DNA of 64,000 nucleotides from Utricularia gibba (lineage: Eukaryota; Plantae; Magnoliophyta). The position numbers were made by a program, and so were the translations under genes. Shown here piece by piece: positions 23,420 through 41,325 of this stretch. Below the pieces are notes generated by a model. It was given only the letters and a program-made list of their open reading frames with translations. It had not been told where the DNA came from and did not search any database. The stretch spans positions 434,001 to 498,000 of the forward strand of contig NEEC01000018.1 of the NCBI GenBank assembly GCA_002189035.1, read 5' to 3'. Numbering within the stretch: the first letter of the stretch is position 1; each line of letters begins with the position of its first letter.

Positions 23420-25260
23420 TTTGGTTAACGTTTGTGTTGGAATCATCGTGTTTTCTCAAACATTTGTTTCAAAATTAAATTTATGAAAACATTTGCATCA
23501 AATCAATTAAATATCAGGAAAGGTTTGTTTTGAATGTGATTTTTACAAACATGTGTGTTTAAATGTGCGAATTAGTCCTACTTTTGTATCAAAACTAAAC
23601 GTAGCCCAACAAGAAAGTGCCATTGCTTTACTCTAAACTAGGCCAGCCATTAGAGGCATTGCAGGGCTGCCTTGGATGCCGACATTTTCTCGTTTCTTTA
23701 CCTTTCGAATTAAAGTCTGCAAATCTTCATCCATAGCAAAATGTTTAACGTCTTCATAGTCGAGCCACACCGGACTCATCTAGGAAATCAATAGCAATGT
23801 TACTAAGATTGTAATAGTCTTATTAGCATCATTGATTTTCAAATATTTACTTACCCACCCAATGTCTGACTTAGGTGTAATGGCATGTGGTGCTTCGATC
23901 ATAAATAGACGTATGTTGTAAAGAACGTATATGCCGCATTCACTCAACCTTGGCTGACGTGGTACATGGAAATTGATCAATAGTTTAGGAGCATATTATT
24001 CATACTTGCATTACGTACCTCCACAGGAATAAGGGGAATGTTCCTAACAGTTTCCTCTTCTGAGGAAGAATTCTCGACCCTAGACAGGTACACATGCCAT
24101 ATGAACCTGGATACGTACATAGGCGACTCAAAACTAAATATGGATATTCTTGTAAAGACTCAAAGATATTCTTACATTCGTAATTCTTCAGCTTTTGTCT
24201 CCATCATGTTAGTGGAGCTCATGTAGTCTAAGTACAAGACACATCGTTTTTCTGGTTCAATGGCAGCAAAGTTGCATACAATTAACATCCAAAAATGACC
24301 CCTAAAATGAAAAAGACAAATCGGTTAATAAAAAAAAAGGTTTTGAATAAGAGCAAGCTAACCTTGAAACTGTTGGCACGATAAAGTATGGAGCGGCAAA
24401 GGTTTTCCTTCCCATGAATAGTGGTCTGAGATTCCTGGCTCGACGCTACTCAGTTGTGTCATAGTATTGAGAGCTTGTAAACTCATACATTTCCTGAATT
24501 GCGAGGGGAAATGATTCGACTATCTTCCTATATCACATCACTCATGAGCAATAATCCAAATGTTCAACCATAACTTTGAAAATAAATTAATACTTACGCC
24601 AATGCTTAATCGAACATCAAATCATCGAGCATTCCATATACACGTAAATGAGGAGGGCGCTTAATTTTTTCCTGCTTACTTGAGCCTTGAGGCCGCATTT
24701 TCTGCTTTGGATCTGTAAGAGTGGTTGATATTGTACTTTTTAGTTTGTTTCCATCTCCTGTTGCAAATAGAACAAACCTATAATTGACAAATCATTTGAT
24801 GAAACCACAACTGTAAACAACTGTTATCATTGATTTATTGACATACCTTAACGGAAGCGTTATGTGGATCATCTTCGTTACAGTTGAATTCAAATTTCCT
24901 CTTCTCCTCACACCTTCTAGTGTTGTGACCAACTTGACTGCACCAAGATTCCCATGCTTGTGGAACAAAATTCCCATGCTTGAAACGCTTGGTGTCTTTA
25001 GTGACTCCACGTTTCTCATAGCACCGTCTCAAACGATGCTTCGGTGGTCTACCTAGACGCTCTTTACTGTATGAAGGTGGCAGCATCATTGTCATTGTGG
25101 TGGAAGGCTATCTTGACTTTTCAGGAGCACCATGTAGCGAGTAATCATATAACGCCCTGTATGAGTCTACATAATAGTAGTTGTCTACATAATTGTGCAT
25201 CGACCTTTTTAAGTAGTCAATGACTGTGACAGCATGACAACATGATATACCTATCATAAT
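23420..25260 (-). mobile_element. MULE-2 remnant (transposase C-terminus plus Ulp module)
   Basis: The minus strand gives SWIM-like ISCCHAV and LPPSYSKERLGRPPKHRLRR, the Cys exon VPRQPRLSECGIYVLY (about 23850-23968) and a last exon MSPVWLDYEDVKHFA (ATG 23779). A TIR-like tract lies at 23420-23580. Confidence 0.7.
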
Positions 25261-25449
25261 GAATCACCAATACTATTATAATTGGCATTAACAAATCAGG
25301 CACACTTGTGTAAATCATGCATAATATTATTAAAAACACACCATAGCATAATACTTATATAACAAACTTAAAACTTTTGGTGTATGTGTTCTAGATACAA
25401 TCAACTCATTGACAAATCTTATCCTTTGATGTTTACCTTGAATTGTGAT

Positions 25450-26030
25450 CAAGTTTACATCATTGATAAAATCCTCTACTTGATCTATGTGCTATAGAAA
25501 TTATGATGAGATCATAATGTGAGATTCTTCAAGCATCTACGTTCAAGTTAAAAAACTCCCTGGCTAGAGTGTTTGTGAAATGAGGATATCACAAATACGG
25601 ATAAGCTGGCACACATTGAGTTCCCTAAACTGTTTAGGCAATGGTTCTCACAATTGATGTAATGAGATTACTAGAACCTATGTGTGGGTGTCGATTAGAG
25701 AATCGATTCACTTGATGACTCATCTTCGAGATACTACTATGGGAAGCTAACCAAGTGTCAGTAGCAAGATCTCGAATATGATAGCCGTGCAAGTAAACTT
25801 AGACTTGAGGTCAACAAAGTTATCTTTATCTTAAGCTCACATTTTCGCTCATTATTAATAGGAGACTAACCATGGCTTGCCTAGTATGGATGAGTAGGGA
25901 TATGACTCCTTAAGGTTGGAGATAGTTGATTGATCAATAAAGGATTCATCACTCATGTTAGCAATGAGATCATATCTCAAGTAAATGCATCAAAGCCTAA
26001 CAGTAAGTCCTGGGCCCAGGATAATGACAC
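25450..26030. mobile_element. Probable LTR-retrotransposon LTR fragment
   Basis: Non-coding TE-like composition with cttagacttgag-type motifs that resemble copia LTRs. No termini were defined. Confidence 0.25.
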
Positions 26031-26158
26031 TCGAATTGTTTGACTAGATCATTGAGTTTTAGTGGTTGAATGAATGGGAAAGTAACTAGACAATTGGGAG
26101 GTGACGACTGAAGAAACTGGCGGCTAAGGAAATGCAACTTCATGGAATAATGGGGTGA

Positions 26159-27349
<1,191 letters not shown>

Positions 27350-28229
27350 TGTTGGAACAGAACAGATCTTATGGTTCTCCTTCTCTTGGTTCTTGGTGTA
27401 TTCCAACAATTCATTAGCAACGGTATTTATAGGTGAGGATGGAGCCGCAAAATAAGAGATTCACATGACGTATACTTTTCAATTTTCTCCAGTCAAGATA
27501 GAAATGTCTTAAACTTTTTTGTTCCTTTTGCCGAAGTATGAACATTCTCTTGGTGGGAATTTCGCTCTTTTTGACTGTAAAATACAATCACAAATCACCT
27601 GCAAGCTTTTCACAGTCAACCTTCTGAATACGAGACAAATCTTGCAGCTAAAAACCCGCCCCAGCCGTGGGATTCAAGGTAAAACGGACAGAACTGATGT
27701 TTTTTACAACACAAATGATTCATGCTCGCCTATACAGCTATACTTTGTTAAAAAAACACAACATAGCTAATGGGAAAGCCACTGCATGCAAAGATTCTCG
27801 GAGGCGTGTGGGTTCCAGGTGACGACGTCGTATTTGGGTTTTGGGTGGGTTGTCCGCGTCTTTGACTGAATGATCCTCACAGCCGGAGGCTTGGAATTTT
27901 TACCTAATTTTCAATCTCGCCCCATAAGTCTTGTTTATCACACAATACAGCCCACTTTTTAATTCAAATTTCAAATGCTAAATTTTACAAGGACTCAACC
28001 GCGTTTTGTAGGCTTGTTTATGATTCATTTAATAATATTCTCTGATATATAAATTTTTGAGTATTGATATTTATTGTATATCTGTTTTAAATGTATATAT
28101 TAAATATAATATTATTTTATACATATATTCAAGATATTTATGTATCAAGTATATATTAAGTTTAATTATATAACATGTGTTATCTAAACATAATTTTTTA
28201 AAATATATTATTAATTAACAAATTATAAT

Positions 28230-28860
28230 GTTATGACTGGTTTCGAATCAATAGGTTTCATTGAACCGATGATTCATAAACCACGGTTCAATGTCAAATT
28301 TAGTTTCGATTTTGGTTTAAAATTGAAATAATAAATATTGAATTGAACTGAAATTAGAATTAAATCACATGATTTCAGTTCGAAATTGGAATTATAAAAC
28401 CGGAACTGAACAATACAATTTCTTTTTAAGTACTAAAAATTAATTTGAAAATAAAAATTGTATTTTCAAGCACCCATAATGACTCTTTTACCTGTCTAGA
28501 AATAATTACAAAAATGCTGAATTTTTTTCATGCAACCATGTTCGCCTTTATGCGTGCTTGAGAAGCATAATGTTTTTTAAAAAATTTTCAAGCATCCATA
28601 ATGACTCGTATGGATATATGAAAATGTCCAATATTTTTTGAGGCACTCATAATATGTGGATGCTAGGAAAAATAATGTTTTTTTACAATTTTTTCAGGCA
28701 TTTGCAACGGTTTGAAACCGACAGTCCCATCGGTTCAAAATAGGTTGAAACCGTGGTTTCTTGATTAAAAATAACAAACGGCTTCGAAAATTTACAGTTT
28801 CGGTTCTGGTTGTGAATTGAAACCAAAACCAAAACCGTGGTTCATCCGATTACAACTGCA
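28230..28860. mobile_element. Possible hAT-type MITE with AACCG/CGGTT subterminal repeats
   Basis: Clusters of aaccg/cggtt motifs lie at both ends of an AT-rich core between peroxidases 1 and 2. TIR and TSD were not resolved. Confidence 0.3.
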
Positions 28861-29033
28861 ACATATGATTATCTCACCGGTTTAAAAAATAAGAATAGAA
28901 AATGCCACATTTATTTAATAATGATATTATTGACTTGAGATTTCTTTTAATAGATCATAACAATGCACATTTGTTGGGAATGAGAAGAATGTGACTACAC
29001 TCTGATAAAGGAAGTATTATGTGAACCGAGAGA

Positions 29034-30252
<1,219 letters not shown>

Positions 30253-31689
30253 TGTCGGAAACAGAGAAGCTTGAAGGTTTTCTTGCACTGAAAAGCTTGC
30301 TCTTCGGTGTTTCAAAACTTCCTGCCAGTACGTGTATTTATAGTCGAGAATGGAGCTCGTACGTCAAATCATGTTACATTAAGAAAATGGCGTCAGGTCA
30401 CCAACTGCAGGAACCACGTAGGGGGAGAAACGTTCTTCCCTTTTCTGCGTTTTTTTTAAGATTAGATATTTTTAATTTTGTTGACAATGAAAATAGTTCG
30501 ATTATATAATCATTTAAAACATTAAATGAAAATCAATATATTTTGATATCAATTTAAATTATCAAATATATTGATACTTTATTTTTAATAATTCCAACTT
30601 TAAAATGTATTTTATTAATATTCTCATTACTCTTTTTAAAATATTTTAAATTCTGTATTTATCGAAATGCAAAAACTTAATTCCACATATAAATTCATTT
30701 TATGGCGCAAAAAAGGCGAATGTCAACTAATTTAAAAATAAAAAAAATGCCGCCATGCAAGCAGTTGACCTTTGAGATTATGGAATCAACGGTACGTATG
30801 AGGATAAACCAAGTCCAATCAGACTCGCACAGCTGGAGGTTGTGGTTTTTCAATTCCGCACGTTTTGTCAGCCGCGCTTTGGTCCGACGCCGCCGCACCT
30901 TGTATCTAATCCACAACTGCAACCAAAACATTTTTTTTTCAATTCGGTTCAGTCTTGAACCGGGTTTTAACCGACGAAGTTGAATCTAAATGTCAATATT
31001 TTTAATTATATAAAATTAAAAATTATGCACGTAAAGAAGACTATATTTTTTTTATTTTACTTAGTTCTAAAATTATTTTTACAGTTTATGTTCGTTAATT
31101 CTTGTTAAAATTAAATATTCGATAGGTTATATGATTACATATATAAAATTCAAGTATAGAATAAATGTGAATAACATTTAAAAAATTACTTCAATTGATT
31201 AGATTTATAATTTATTATATAGTTGATTATATTATTTTAATTTATTAATTTAAAATTGCTTGTTTTAATATTTTATGTATATTTCTTCTTTTTAAGCGAG
31301 CATTCACAAATTTTCAAGAATACTTTACTTTTAAATTTTGTAGAAGTAAAAATAGGTTTAATAACTTTTCCAAAATAATGTTAGGTCTAAAAAGTTATTG
31401 CTTATATTTGATTCTAAAGCATTATTATACATAAAAATATATGTGATCGTAACATATATTAAATTATAAAATTAAATATTTTATATTATAACATAGATGT
31501 GTAGTGGATAATGAACTTGTTTTTGTATATTATGGAAAGTTTGCATGGAAATTACAAATTCAATTCTTTTTTGTATAAAAAATTGCCCCAAAATAAACAT
31601 GCAGGAAATTAGAAATTCAAGAAATGGGATTTGGAATGGAATTTAAAGAATAAAAAAATAAAAAGAGGAGTCAAGAGCAAAGTGAGGCA

Positions 31690-32931
<1,242 letters not shown>

Positions 32932-35444
32932 TGGATCGAACACCCAGTGGTTTAGGGTTTTTCTTCTCTTCAAGGCTTGTTCCCGATGGCGGTGGTGGTG
33001 GCTCCGGATAACGTACCGCCGCGGGTATTTATAGTTCAGGAGGATGGAGTCTCATTCATTTTCTATAAGAAATTTCAACACGATTGTGCACCAACTATTC
33101 AAAAACCACGCATTCTCATGCAGTCAACAAGATAAATTAAAGCCTTTCGAATAAAAAATAATAATCTTTCAAATTCTGATAAAGTTCGATTCTTTTGATT
33201 TGGGATTTCATTTCACAATTTTTTTTCGTAATCGTGGATTTATTTAGTATTAATAAATAAATATTTATAAAATAAATGTTCGCCAGCTTGCATTTGAGTT
33301 TTGAGGACGCGCTACGGAGCGGTCAACTATTTGAATGTTGAACAGTGACGATCGTTGACTCAAGTAATTTTGAGCGATGTTGGGTTTTAATTCTATGTGC
33401 TTGTTATTATATTTTCTAGCGTGGGTGGGTGGGCTCCCTCGAGCTTTTACCTTTGTTACACATATTCAATTCGCGTTTTACACTACTAATAAAACCTCTT
33501 TATAATTTATTTTACTTCGTAAAATCTTAATAATTTACCCTATTACAAATTAAATTGATTTTTTTTAATTTTTTTTAATTTATAATTTTATCAAATAGTA
33601 TATTAATATTCATTTTTAAAGAATTCAAAATCTAATTATAAGAAGAATAAAATATAGTACATTGTTTTGAAACTTTTTTTTATATAAATAAAAAAATTCA
33701 AACACATTGTGTTGAAATATTTATCTAATTTCAGCCAGCGAATGGTGTGATGTTGAATAATTAACATATATTATTAGCCTTACCTCTATTTATAAGTTAG
33801 TATTTTGGAGTAAAATAACTTGAGCAATTGATTAAGGACAAGCAAATATTTAAATATGAGGGAGTTGATAATTGATTTTTTATCACTTATATTTATGTCT
33901 TTTATGATTCTGTTAGCCAGATTTTACATTTATTTTATTTCATTTTCTCTATATTTTTAAATGAATTTTATATTTTTTGTATTAATTTAATCTTTTTATG
34001 TTTTATGATTTTTCAAAATGTTTTACCAGTGGACTTTGTGGAGTAAAAAGCTGGGCTATGTGAATAAAAACTCAGTCAAAGATTTTTAGATAAAATAAGA
34101 TATTTATATTTTATTTTATAAGATTTGAATTTTATCTTAAAAAATTTACATCTTATTTTAAAAGATTCGAATAAAAGATTTGATATAACTCTATCAAGAA
34201 AACCCAACAAATTGCAATTTCTATATAAAGGTTTGAGTATCAAGTTGTTGGAGGAGAGCGAAATCTTTAAGTCACTATATGAGTGTAGGATTGATTCTAC
34301 CAGCTTTTGATTTATTTTCTTTCCTTTTTCATTATTTTTCATATGGTAGAATCAAACATACACGTATAAATGTTTGCGACTACACATTGTGGTAAAGTTT
34401 TGCTTGTACAAATCTTATGTGTGTAACTATTTTATTATATTATTTAACATTTAGTTTGAGGTTTGATTCTATTTTTTATGATATTTTCTTTATAAACGTA
34501 CTCTTTAGTATCACATAACCTTAAATAAATATTGAAAAATATCAAATTAGTCTTAAGCACCGAAGAAAAAGGGTTGAATCGGATATAGTTAATAAGACAC
34601 ATTCAATTTAATCTATCTACAAATTATGAGATGTAGAAGTTAAAATCAAGTGTAGGAAAAACATCTATTACTATAAAAGTTGAAATAACTATGGTAATGT
34701 AGTTAATTCTATATTCTCATAATACCAAGAGTAATGTTATAATAATTATTCAATAGTATTACTTTAAATTAATATTTTCAAAACTTGCACTAATATATAA
34801 ATATTCAAGGTTTACACACACAAATAAATAAGTTTTAGCAAGATACATCCTACATCCAAAATTATTTTTATATTATTTTTAAAACCAATATTTTGTTTTG
34901 TTTTAATTATTTTTGAATAATTGTTTTGAAGAAAATTTCAATAACAATTTTTTATAAAGATGATCTTAATTTATTATTTCAATATTTTATGTTCACTTAC
35001 AGAATCAACATCATTAACCTACTATTTCATTTTAATATATTTTAAAAAAATACAAAATGATAAATTATTTATATAGATGTTTTTTTTATAAATTTGATAA
35101 TTTATATATATTTACATAACTGCCATCATTCATAAAAACACCTAAAAAACTGAAAAACCCCATAACAGTTTGAAAGTAAGAATTATTATTGAAACAAGAA
35201 TTGATTATTGAAGGAGAAAACTGGTTTTTGTCAAAATCTAACTTTACTAATTTTCGGACCAGCGGCATCTTGAAGATGGGCGATTTGTATTGGGCGTCGA
35301 GCACTAGGGCCTGGGGAAACTCCAGGTTTATTATCAGAAGGCCCAATTTCAAAACTACGTCGTTTGCCAGGTTCTGGATGTTATCCGCTTCGATCAGGTT
35401 TCATAGGCCGAGCAAGCAACTTCAGTTTTCCTCGGCCGGACGAA

Positions 35445-36774
35445 ATGAATTGTTCTTCAGCTCTCCATGTCTGCAATTACCCAATGTCCGTTTCTTCTCG
35501 AAGTCTCGGATTGAGGGGAAGGAAGATTACGGGAGCTTTTGATGCTATGCTTCCCTCCTCGTCCATGTTTTTCAATGCTTCCTTACCTTTGTCCTCCAAT
35601 CAAACCTCTACTTCAATGTTCCTCGACGAGAGTTCCGCGATTTTACGTTCTTTCGAGCGGCGGAGGCTTACTGTAATTGCTATGGCTCCACCTAAGCCCG
35701 GTGGTAAACCCAAAAAAGGTAACGCTTCCAGACCGTGCGTCTACTCCATTTGAAATGCTGGATTTTCTAGATTCTTGGATACAATTGCAGTTGTCGCGGT
35801 GGTGAAACTGGCCCTTGAGGCTGGTAAGGCGACTCCTGCGCCGCCAGTTGGTCCGGCACTGGGTGCTAAGGGTGTTAATATAGCTGCATTTTGTAAGGAT
35901 TACAACGCACGAACTGCAGATAAGGCTGGTTACGTCATTCCGGTTGAGATTACAGTTTACGATGTGAGAATCCCATTTTCAACTTTCTTGGGTGTTTATT
36001 TCTGTTCCTGAGCAAAGAATATATGTATTTTGATGGCACTAGTGTCATTTTGTTTCATCTGTGATCAGGATAAGAGCTTCACGTTTGTCTTGAAAACCCC
36101 ACCTGCTTCAGTTCTATTGCTGAAGGCTGCTGGTACTGTCTTGCAATCCTCCTTGCTGTAAATACACAGTATTATCCTCAAAAAGAAATCAACTGTTGTA
36201 CGAACTTGTATTCTTAAAATGGAACCAATGTTCACTTTGGCTGGTTTTGACGAATGCTGGTGCTCATTTGACATCTTAATGAAGCCTGTAAGCTGTCTTT
36301 GGGTCTTCGATCTTACTAAGAGTGTTGGTTACCGAAATGAGCTCACCTGCAGGATTTCCACGTTTGAGGGGTAGGCAAGAATGGGGTTACATTTTTTTTT
36401 TTTGTTGGAAGCATTGAAAAGTTGTGCTCTTTCTGAAGACTGAATGTCACTTGTGGATATCTTGTTTGGTCACTCTGCTGAAATGATATAGGGTGCAGTT
36501 GTGGATATCCTGTTTACTCATATGGCGAACGAATACTTATTCTCTCTCTGGCTTTGCATTATCAGGTGTTGAGAAAGGTTCAAAGGATCCTCAGAAGGAT
36601 AAAGTTGGGAAGATCAGCATCGATCAGCTCCGGGTGATCGCTCAGGAGAAGCTGCCAGACCTCAACTGCTCCACTCTTGAGTCAGCAATGCGAATCATTG
36701 CCGGAACGGCTGCAAACATGGGGATTGACATCGACCCCCCTGTTCTTGAACCAAAAAAGAAGGTTGTCTTGTAG
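35445..36774 (+). CDS. RPL11: Plastid 50S ribosomal protein L11 with transit peptide. Exons 35445-35718, 35791-35963, 36069-36132, 36566-36774
   Basis: The spliced product reads [42 protein letters not shown]...[37 protein letters not shown]...[13 protein letters not shown]. It has a Ser-rich N-terminal extension and all junctions are in phase. The start Met is uncertain. Confidence 0.96.
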
Positions 36775-37786
36775 AACTTGCCATGCACCGCACCCCCTCT
36801 TTGTCCTAATTGTTTGTCTGATGTTTCAACCATATGCGGCGTGCTGTCCCTACTTAAATAGACGAGGAACAGAACATTTTTTCTAGCAATGCTACCTCCA
36901 TACAGAATCAGAGCAAGCTCCCATTACGTGGGTTCTAGCATCTTGACATGATATACAGGGAAGATGTGCCGTGCCTGCTTTTAAGAAAATGGGGGTCCGA
37001 AGGGAAGTTGATCAGAAGCAGATTGTTAACTGCAAATCCGTTTTACAGAATTCACATGAACTTCTCATTACCGAGTGGGGGCCTTCAACTCACATCCACC
37101 TCTTTGTTCATGAGTATCCATGCCAGCTCAGAATGGATGGATGCAGACACAATAAAAGGAGGCCTTTTCTCAAATGAATACCAGAGACCTTGGGAATGAT
37201 GATGATTGCCAAATTACCAAATCACAATCTGGTTGGACAGCAGAACCCTCTCATACCAAACATTTTTCTGTATTTCCGTACCCGATTGGGAATGTGAGAC
37301 ACACGCACAATGCCTCCATTGGAGCAGACGATGTTTAACACTAGTTGCTGTTAGTTTTAATGGGAAAAAACGGTTCATGCTGTCACAATATAAACAAATT
37401 TGCAATAATTAATATCTCAAGTGGATTATATAAAATAAAAATCTGGTTGCGTCAGATATTGTAAGATAAAAATGGACATTTATAATATAAATTATTTAAT
37501 TTAATATATGCAAAAAAAATATTTGAGTAACCATTTTTCTAAATGATCGTACGAAAATTGTATATAATTGATTTGAGAGTACTTGCAATTATGCAAATAT
37601 TGAATTGAGCTCTTTAGGGCAATTATTCAGAAAAGAAGTCATTTCCTATAAATGTAAAATATTGAACACGTGTACAAGTTTGGGAGGTGTTCTGTTCAGG
37701 GCCGGGGGCATCAACACTCCACACTCCTGGGTTCCCGGATCTGTACATGGCGCCATTTGTTCTCCGAATAACTTGTTTCCTTGCGC

Positions 37787-37793
37787 TATAAAA
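37787..37793 (+). promoter_or_regulatory. TATA box of the pyrophosphatase gene
   Basis: CTATAAAAG is followed by a CT-rich leader and a 5' UTR donor (GG|GTACGC at 37871). Confidence 0.55.
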
Positions 37794-38140
37794 GCAGAGT
37801 GTACATGCCCTCCGTCTCCTTCCTCCTTAAGAACACGCAGAAACCCACTGAAGCGTCTTCCGGCATCTGGGTACGCTCTTCCACGGTACCCTCTTCTCTG
37901 TTTATTGATTCCGATTACGATGAGAATTTCTTCGATCTCTACGTCTCTTCACTTTTGGACTCTCCCTCAGCTCTTTACTTTTGTTTTTGATTGATCGATC
38001 ATCTTTTCAATTTAGCAAGTCTTGTTTGTACCATAAAAAAATTATATGGTTTTCTTAAAGAATCTGAATTTATCCATGGATGAGCTCGACAGACTGACCT
38101 TTTTGTTAAAAATGGTTGTGTATGTGGGTAAGATTGAAAT

Positions 38141-39458
38141 ATGAGTGACGAGGCTGAAAAGCAAAAGCCAGTGCCCAAGTTGAACGAGAGGATTCTCTCG
38201 TCCTTGTCCAGGAGATCAGTTGCTGCTCATCCGTGGCATGATCTCGAGATTGGTAATTCCACTTTTTTTTTTCCAACCGGTTCCTTATTTTGACGTTAAA
38301 TTCGGTTACAGAAAACACGTAATCAGAGCATGAAAAACTCTGGGAGTTAGATACTTATGCTAGAACCATGGAAATCAAGGCTATTTTCACTCGCCAATGT
38401 TGCTTTCAAGGTAGCGTTGGTTAACTGGAATCCGAGATGCTTGCTGATTTCGTTCCTATCTTATTCTTGCAGGATCTGGAGCTCCCCAGATTGTTAATGT
38501 TGTAAGCGATTTTTTCATCCTCTTTTGCAGCCTGTGGTTGATGAATCTCGATACCAATAAGGGAGTTGTTCATATGCAAGTCCTTATTCTTTCAGGTGAT
38601 CGAGATTCCCAAAGGAAGCAAAGTGAAATATGAGCTGGACAAAAAAACCGGTCTTATTAAAGTACTCTAAACAACAAAACTCGTCTTTTATCTTTGTTAA
38701 TTAACTTTTGTGACCATTGCTCTGGGTTACACAGGTTGATCGTGTCCTATACTCCTCAGTGGTTTATCCCCACAACTATGGCTTCATTCCCCGCACTCTC
38801 TGCGAAGATAATGACCCGATGGATGTGTTAGTGCTTATGCAGGTGAGAAAGGAAACTCTCCCAGCTTGGATTTAGAGTTGTAACCATATATAGTCTTTGT
38901 GTGCTGGTTGCAGGAACAGGTTGTTCCGGGATGCTATCTTAGAGCCAGAGCTATCGGACTCATGCCCATGATCGATCAGGTGTGCGTTACTAAACATGAA
39001 ATTATTCATGATATATGTGCTGGCTGATACTTTTTATTTTTTATTTTTTTCGAAATGAAGGGAGAAAAAGATGACAAGATCATAGCAGTATGTGCCGATG
39101 ACCCCGAGTACCGTCACATTTCTGATATCTCTCATCTTCCTCCCCACCGTTTAGCTGAAATCAAGCGCTTCTTTGAGGATTGTATCCTTTTGGAGCTCAT
39201 TTACTATGACTGGGTTATGATCATAGACAGCGTATATCCTTAACAGGGGCTTCTCAGACAAGAAGAATGAAAACAAGGAGGTTGCAGTGGACGAGTTTCT
39301 GCCTTCTGGAACGGCCACTGATGCAATTCAATACTCCATGTAAGTTTTCTACCGATTAAGCATCTTATGGTTTTGTTTTAATGGTTCCCATCCTTGAATC
39401 TATGACATGCTGCAGGGACCTTTACGCGGAGTACATCTTACATACCTTGAGAAAGTGA
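38141..39458 (+). CDS. PPa: Soluble (family I) inorganic pyrophosphatase. Exons 38141-38252, 38473-38501, 38596-38661, 38735-38842, 38914-38979, 39061-39181, 39258-39339, 39416-39458
   Basis: The spliced product contains [73 protein letters not shown] and [15 protein letters not shown]. All seven introns are GT-AG and in phase. Confidence 0.97.
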
Positions 39459-39949
39459 GTTCAACTCACATGATTGGTCTACTCTGCAGTGAAACTTTAC
39501 AGCTGCTCTACAGAACACAGAGATCGAGTGCTTTCCTTTTCAGTAGAATAAAAATTTCAAGCAGGGAGCTTGTTTGCCATTAATTCATAAATATGGCTTG
39601 CCTCATGAAACGCAGCAACAGCTACTTGTGTCGGCAGGAGTCATTCGACACTCTTGTTTTGCGAGTGAGAATATAGCCATTCCTCTTGACATATCTACTT
39701 GATTGAGCTGCGAGATCCACTAGCAACTTGAGCCATGCAAAATGACCAGCCCACGTAAACAGAACTAAACCATGAAGTTAGTTAAGCAGCTTACTTAAAA
39801 ACTGGAAGTGAATTGGAAGCCATCCATTCACATTCACTGGGCATGTGAGGTATCCTCCATTACTGGCGTAGCACAAATCTAGGTCACTAGAGTCAACTTT
39901 TTCTCAAAAAAAAAAAAGAAAAAAAATTGACACTAGAGCAAGGTTTGCT

Positions 39950-40690
39950 GTTACCAAACATTGCTTATTAAACCCTGTTCCTCTAAATCCATCCAAATAA
40001 CTCTAATCAAACATATTTTGTGAAGATGTGTAACCAAAACAAAAGGATGCAGATCAAAATCTGAGATGAAACCTACCTTTAATGCCCAAATTCTAGAATG
40101 AGTTTTGTTTTTAAATACAACATACAAAATGAAAGTTTACAACTTGGTGGTTCCAACTTGCATCAAATAGGTCTTTGAAGGGCCATTTTCCACACTCTCC
40201 CCTCAAGTTTCAGGGGGAATTTTTGTGATAAATCCGATCTATAGAATGCCTTTGTTGTGGCTTTGGAAATGACTTTGTGAACGTGTTAGTTGATTGATCA
40301 AATGAGCTTATGTAGTGAAGTTTCAAGAAACCAAATTAGCGATGTTGATGGATAAAACGACAGTCTATTTTCAAGATGTTTGGTTCCCTCATGGTAAACG
40401 AGATTTTTTCACTATTTCTAGTTTATTTACTAACATTGAACAAGGGAGTTGGAAGACTTACTTACAGGTACTTTCATATCCTGCAGCTTATAGGACACCT
40501 AGAGGAACTCGTAGACAGTGTGTCCAAGGCTCTTGTATTTCGCGTTGGAAGAAGATCACACCACAATGGCTTGCTTTTCATGTGGAGGGACACGATGCCT
40601 AATTGACATTGCATTATTCTTTGAGTTGATGATGCTCTTGTCTTGGTGGTTGTGCATCAGGCCTTAATCTAGAGTACTCTTTAGATAATG
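39950..40690 (-). mobile_element. Ty1/copia remnant: RNase H end, PPT and probable 3' LTR
   Basis: The minus strand gives ...NILKIDCRFIHQH...LHYISSFDQSTNTFTKSFPKP...NLRGE, then the PPT TTGAGGGGAGAG directly before TGTGGAAAA (about 40193). Confidence 0.6.
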
Positions 40691-41325
40691 TGATGTGATC
40701 CTTTAATTTAAAGAAATTAGCAATTCACGAACCAAAGGTAATTTTGAAGTTTAAAAAAAAACTTACTCAAGTTTACCTTCAAGAGAATGAATCTCTTTCA
40801 ACCAAATTTTGAAGAAAATAGAATTAGGAGCCATACTTTAGAAGTAGAAGTAATTGAAAGTGATAATCTTAACATATCACAAACTCAAAGTTTGATAAGT
40901 CAATAATATTCAAGAACTCAAAAAAAGGAAAATCCCCACAAGATACATGAAATGAACTAAAGATCTCTCAAAGATTACATCTCTAAAGTATTTATATTCT
41001 AAAATTGAATTCTATCATTACAAAGCTCAAATTAAATAAAAAAGGGAAAGTTTAACAAGTTTAATAACACACATGAAAGATGAGGAGATATTTTAGATTT
41101 TAAGGTAAATTTAGACTCTAATAATTGAACTTATTTAATGGTAGTACTTTAGGTCCAATATTGATTCCAATAGTGTTGAGTAGAATCTTGAATTTAGTTT
41201 CAATTATCTTCCTCTTACTTCTTGTAATTGATACTGGTGGAATCATTTTAATCTCTAATGTGTTCACTTACATAACATCCTCATCATTCTTTAAATACTC
41301 TTCATTATCTTCTTGAGCCACATCA
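40691..41325 (-). mobile_element. CRM-type solo LTR (635 bp) with a perfect TSD
   Basis: Minus-strand termini TGATG...CACATCA, with TAATG on both sides (40686-40690, 41326-41330). It is colinear with 7074-7693 and includes the CR-motif-like ITRSKRK. Confidence 0.88.

Noticed and set aside
37195-37300. C/D snoRNA candidate (ATGATGA)
   Set aside because: There is no properly placed CTGA D box or terminal stem.
38112-38144. u[13 protein letters not shown] whose stop overlaps the PPa ATG
   Set aside because: It may lie inside the 5' UTR intron (possible acceptor at 38132), so exon membership cannot be established.
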